A DNA stretch of 28,908 nt from the IMG/VR virus record IMGVR_UViG_3300017650_000219, positions 1-28,908 of that record; one strand, given 5' to 3'. The translations under genes and the position numbers were made by a program. The stretch comes from a virus (Duplodnaviria > Caudoviricetes). Below the pieces are notes generated by a model. It was not told the DNA's origin, searched no databases, and worked only from the letters and a program-made list of their open reading frames with translations. Positions 25,136 through 28,908 of the stretch are shown piece after piece (the first letter of the stretch is position 1; each line of letters starts with the position of its first letter).

Positions 25136-25389
25136 AGTCGCCATACGTCAAAGACTTCACGAACGAAGAGACTGTTCCGCACACGTTCCCTAGAACAAGC
25201 GACTTGCATCTCCAAAGAGATCCCAGTATACGACCGCTTCACGACATTGGTGCCGGAAATGGTCCGGCATGGGTGTCCATCCTGAGGCGTAAACAATGAG
25301 GTTCTTCTCGATACGTAAGACTGCATGAACGATGCGGGCTAAGCGCCTGTTTTCATTGCATTCATCTTCGTATTCGAAAGGAACCCAGC

Positions 25390-25944
25390 ATGTCTTACGT
25401 GCAAAAATTCTACACCTCAGATACTCACTTTGGCCATGAAGCTATCCTCGGCCTCTGCGAGCGCCCCTTTTCGTCCGTCGCTGAAATGGACGCCGCGATG
25501 GTAGATGCGTGGAACAGCGTCGTCCGGCCGCAAGACATCGTTTACCACCTCGGAGACTTTGCGTTTGGTGGCCCAGCGCATGCGAAGCAGATCTTCCGAC
25601 GTCTCAACGGCCGCAAGGCCTTGATCCTTGGAAACCACGACGTCGACCGGGCTGGCAACGCGCTTCCTCACCTGCTTGAGCTGGGCTGGGATCAGGAACC
25701 TCGTCATTCTCTACTCACCAGCGACGGCGGCGAACGGCTGTATTTGTCGCACTATGCGCACCGTGTGTGGCCAGCCAGTAATCGTGGTTCAGTACACTTT
25801 TATGGCCACAGCCATGGAACGCTTGATGCCATTGGTATGTCTCGCGACGTCGGCGTCGACATGACAGACGTCGCTTTTACTCCGCGAACTTTTCAGCATC
25901 TGAAAGCCGCCCTGCCCGGTCTGGCCACCTACGTCACGGCCTGA
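25390..25944 (+). CDS. Calcineurin-like metallophosphoesterase (184 aa)
   Basis: SDTHFGH, HLGDF, GNHD, SHY and YGHSHG motifs. Confidence 0.92.
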   Translation: MSYVQKFYTSDTHFGHEAILGLCERPFSSVAEMDAAMVDAWNSVVRPQDIVYHLGDFAFGGPAHAKQIFRRLNGRKALILGNHDVDRAGNALPHLLELGWDQEPRHSLLTSDGGERLYLSHYAHRVWPASNRGSVHFYGHSHGTLDAIGMSRDVGVDMTDVAFTPRTFQHLKAALPGLATYVTA

Positions 25945-26036
25945 CGTCGGACGCACATACATCACGACTACGCATGCGCATTCCCGCTCCCTGAAAAATT
26001 CAGGTCGAGCGCCCCAACTTCAAGGAGAAACCACAA

Positions 26037-28127
26037 ATGGCAAAGGAAGCCGTAGACAACCATAACGACATCGACCTCGGAGATATGGAATGGGTCAGCG
26101 ACACCGAAGATGAGAAAGCGTCAGAAAGCTCTCTTTTTGACCCGATCATCGACGGCTTCAAGGTCGGTCTGCTATACGAGATCTTTGTCGACAGCCTGAA
26201 AGCCGCTTCACCAGCCGCCGCTGAAAAATTCTTTGATGCAAAGTGTCCGTGTACGCTCGTGCTGCGCTGCGCCAGCACCGATGAAGTCGATATCTTTGGC
26301 GTTGGTATCGAAGAAGTCTTGGCAGACGGCATGCGCCAGCGATATCGCGGGCCGCATCCAGCGAAGTCGATTTTGGTCTACCTTGAGCAGTATGCGTACG
26401 ACAGCAAAAAGACGTCGAAAGCTCTCCTTTCGCGCCTTTTTGAGCACCGCCGCGTTTTCATTCTTGCGACGAACGACCACGCGATTCCTGACGAAGTCGG
26501 ACGCTTCGTAGATGCCGACATCCAGATTAGGTGTTCTCCCACTGCTCTTGAAGCTGCGGTACAGAAGTACATCAAGTCTGACTTCTGGCTCGATGCTAAG
26601 ATCGGCGACGAGCTGATGGCCGTGCCGCTTCAACAACTCATGAATATCTTCTCAAAAGGTCGAGACCCTCTCCACAGTTTTGAGCTAGCATTCGCATGGC
26701 TTGAAGCCGCGAAACGAGGTGAGCAGACGGACGTCAAGCCTGCACTAGATACGGACGAACCCACGCTTGACGATCTGCACGGCTTGGGGGCTGCTGGCGA
26801 ATGGGGTCGCGATCTGGCTCGGGATTTGGAAGACTGGCAGGCAGGCAGGATTTCATGGTCAGAGGTTGACCGGGGGGTGCTGCTCTATGGACCTCCAGGA
26901 ACCGGTAAGACGACCTTTGCTAGCGCTCTCGCTCGCACATGCGACGTCGCACTTGTCTCAACTTCGATGTCGCAATGGCAAGCGAAGGGTCATCTGGGTG
27001 ATTATCTAAAAGCGATGCGTAAGGCATTCGAGGAAGCGCAAAAGCAAGCGCCCTGCATCTTGTTCATCGACGAATTCGATAGTGCGGGCGACCGGAATTC
27101 GGCAACGAGCGACAGCGATGGCAGCGATTACATCCGCAGGGCAGTGAACGGTTTGTTGGAATGTTTGGACGGCGCGGCGGGACGGGAAGGCGTCATTGTG
27201 GTCGGCGCGACGAACTATCCGGAAAAAATTGATGCCGCACTTAGACGTCCGGGACGTCTCGATAAACTAGTTGAAATCCCCCTGCCCGATGCCGCTGCTC
27301 GTGATGGCATCCTTCGCTTTCATCTGAAAGGCGATCTCGAAAGTGTGGATCTGACGCCTGTTGTTGAACTGACCGAAGGAATGGCTGGCGCTTGGCTTGA
27401 AGGCCTCGTGCGAGATGCGAGGCGGACTGCTCGTCGGCAAAGGCGCGATGTAGAGATCGATGATCTGCTGAATGCTCTGCCGAGGCGTGTAGCGATGTCG
27501 CCTCAGAATTTGGAACGCGCTGCGATTCATGAAGCGGGACACGCGATTGTCGCGCTCGAACTTGGAAAACAAGTGGTCAGAGCGGAAGTCAGGCGCGAGG
27601 TTATTGAGGGAGTAGACAGTCAATTCGGCGGCTTCGTAGCGGTTCGCGTCACTGAAAGCGAACGCCACGTCATGACCTCATCGCAGATCCTGGATACAGT
27701 GAAACAGCTTCTCGGGGGGCTGGCAGCTGAAGACATCTTTTTCGAGGAGCGCTCCGATACGGGGACGTATGATCTAAGAGTGGCAACGCACTGGCTAGCG
27801 CGGATGTATTTGTGCACCGGTCAGTCCGGAAGTTTAACTTACCTGTCTGATCCAGACAACGCTTTGACGGCGCTACGGTTGTATCCAGACATCAGAAAAC
27901 AGGTCGAAGAGTCGCTGCAGAATAGCATGCGTGAAGCGACGGTCATCATCGAGCGCCGCCGGAGCGATGTCCGCCGTCTTGCTGACGCGTTGCAAGCACA
28001 TGAGAATCTGTCAGGTGAGCAAATCAACGGACTCCTCAATTTGAAGAGACGAGGGATTCGGCTTTTGAAGAGCATGCACGAGCGTGAAGAATTCGAGAAT
28101 GCAGGGTCCCGCTATGAATACGCATGA
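26037..28127 (+). CDS. Soluble FtsH-like AAA+ ATPase / M41 zinc peptidase (696 aa)
   Basis: Walker A GPPGTGKT, Walker B ILFIDE, SRH ATNYPEKIDAALRRPGRLD, HEAGH, LGGLAAE and G.YDL..AT. No transmembrane helices. AAGGAG RBS. Confidence 0.92.
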   Translation: MAKEAVDNHNDIDLGDMEWVSDTEDEKASESSLFDPIIDGFKVGLLYEIFVDSLKAASPAAAEKFFDAKCPCTLVLRCASTDEVDIFGVGIEEVLADGMRQRYRGPHPAKSILVYLEQYAYDSKKTSKALLSRLFEHRRVFILATNDHAIPDEVGRFVDADIQIRCSPTALEAAVQKYIKSDFWLDAKIGDELMAVPLQQLMNIFSKGRDPLHSFELAFAWLEAAKRGEQTDVKPALDTDEPTLDDLHGLGAAGEWGRDLARDLEDWQAGRISWSEVDRGVLLYGPPGTGKTTFASALARTCDVALVSTSMSQWQAKGHLGDYLKAMRKAFEEAQKQAPCILFIDEFDSAGDRNSATSDSDGSDYIRRAVNGLLECLDGAAGREGVIVVGATNYPEKIDAALRRPGRLDKLVEIPLPDAAARDGILRFHLKGDLESVDLTPVVELTEGMAGAWLEGLVRDARRTARRQRRDVEIDDLLNALPRRVAMSPQNLERAAIHEAGHAIVALELGKQVVRAEVRREVIEGVDSQFGGFVAVRVTESERHVMTSSQILDTVKQLLGGLAAEDIFFEERSDTGTYDLRVATHWLARMYLCTGQSGSLTYLSDPDNALTALRLYPDIRKQVEESLQNSMREATVIIERRRSDVRRLADALQAHENLSGEQINGLLNLKRRGIRLLKSMHEREEFENAGSRYEYA

Positions 28128-28320
28128 TCAAAATTGGCGGTGGCTTTGCGTAGAATGCGACACCGAAGGTAGAGGTATGAAGCCTGAACAATGTCCGACG
28201 TGCGGGTGCGAAGATAGCTGGTATCTCAACAATCTAGCTGGCAGTGATACGAGGAGCATGCGGCAAATTTTGTCAGATGACATATTCGGTCGAATTACAA
28301 AACCGGGTGGGCGAAGTTAG
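28114..28320 (+). CDS. Small rubredoxin-like metal-binding protein (68 aa)
   Basis: WLCVEC...PEQCPTCG. Overlaps the protease stop codon. Confidence 0.6.
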   Translation: MNTHDQNWRWLCVECDTEGRGMKPEQCPTCGCEDSWYLNNLAGSDTRSMRQILSDDIFGRITKPGGRS

Positions 28321-28338
28321 ACCGGATTCAAACGAGGG

Positions 28339-28908
28339 TTACCCACTTTCGCCGCTACTGGAGATAACGTGATAGATATGGTCCATATGGCCCTCACATA
28401 AAAATATTTGAGTGAACGAGGACGGCGCTCCCGCTCGAACAACTTCCGGCCACGAGTTTTGCAGCTTCTCGATATGCTTCGGGTTGTTATGCTTTATGGC
28501 ATTTACCAGGGTCGAGATTTTATCCATTTGATCATGAACCTGAATGCGTTTCCCGTTTAAGCCCTCAACGATCCGTCCGTGAAACTGTGCATGGTGTTCG
28601 TTCACTGACTGCGCGTAACGTTCCCATTGGTGGTAGTAAGAAACTGCAAAAGTTCGACGGATGTCATTCAATGCATCATTCAAACTATCAATCTCGAAGC
28701 GAATGCCTTCCTCCTCACACCAGACATATTCGCCATCTTCATCAACCTCGGCAACCGTCAGCAAGCCATCTACATCATCATCGAGCTTTTTTTGAAGTTC
28801 ATCGATACGAGTTTGAAGTGAGCTTTCGGCCGCTTCGTACCCAAGTCTGACAGATTTCAAACCCGATTGAAACGAGTGCCCTCTCAGGTTGAACTTCAGT
28901 TTGGCCAT
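28339..28908 (-). CDS. Hypothetical helical protein, possibly HEPN-like (189 aa)
   Basis: FAVSYYHQWE helix and LVNAIKHN motif. The start is at the window edge. Confidence 0.5.
   Translation of the reverse strand: MAKLKFNLRGHSFQSGLKSVRLGYEAAESSLQTRIDELQKKLDDDVDGLLTVAEVDEDGEYVWCEEEGIRFEIDSLNDALNDIRRTFAVSYYHQWERYAQSVNEHHAQFHGRIVEGLNGKRIQVHDQMDKISTLVNAIKHNNPKHIEKLQNSWPEVVRAGAPSSFTQIFLCEGHMDHIYHVISSSGESG

Larger units (their letters stand above)
1..28908. mobile_element. Segment of a lambda-like temperate phage carrying a plasmid-type Rep_3 replicon (candidate phage-plasmid)
   Basis: Contiguous terS-terL-gpW-portal-protease-decoration-capsid-head/tail joining-tail tube-chaperone-tape measure order, adjacent to a Rep_3 initiator with repeat-rich origin-like DNA. 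Element boundaries are not visible. Confidence 0.85.

Noticed and set aside
24805-25326. 173-aa minus-strand ORF
   Set aside because: It overlaps the better-supported + strand gene 24635-25135 and has no recognisable features.
26037-28127. Assigning the symbol ftsH
   Set aside because: It lacks TM segments and the FVG pore motif and sits in a mobile context, so it is not the housekeeping orthologue.
1-28908. tRNA/rRNA genes, IS elements, integrase/att sites, DGR or retron reverse transcriptase
   Set aside because: No supporting motifs were seen by eye. Small RNAs could have been missed.

Overview
A lambda-like (gpA terminase, gpE capsid) long-tailed phage morphogenesis module on the minus strand (1-20.2 kb) lies almost directly back-to-back with a plasmid-type replicon. 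The replicon is a Rep_3-family initiator (22835-24622) preceded by a 1.2-kb non-coding region holding three ~230-bp degenerate direct repeats and four ATGAC-N15-GTCAT palindromes. Accessory genes follow it: a metallophosphoesterase, a soluble FtsH-like AAA+/M41 protease, a Zn-ribbon protein and a HEPN-like protein. The arrangement suggests a phage-plasmid, probably of an alphaproteobacterial (rhizobia-like) host (inference from gene families and GANTC clustering). No integrase, CI/Cro switch, partition or lysis genes are visible in this window. Fine-scale features include a -1 frameshift in the tail chaperone, a nested scaffold start, a repeated AATCTTGCAG motif upstream of late genes, a pseudoknot-capable RNA element after the capsid gene, a leader-peptide/terminator upstream of the late operon, opposite-strand morons, and strong over-representation of the palindrome GACGTC. 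All product calls come from motif and synteny recognition by eye, with no database searches. Several start codons were moved from the ORF track on RBS evidence.
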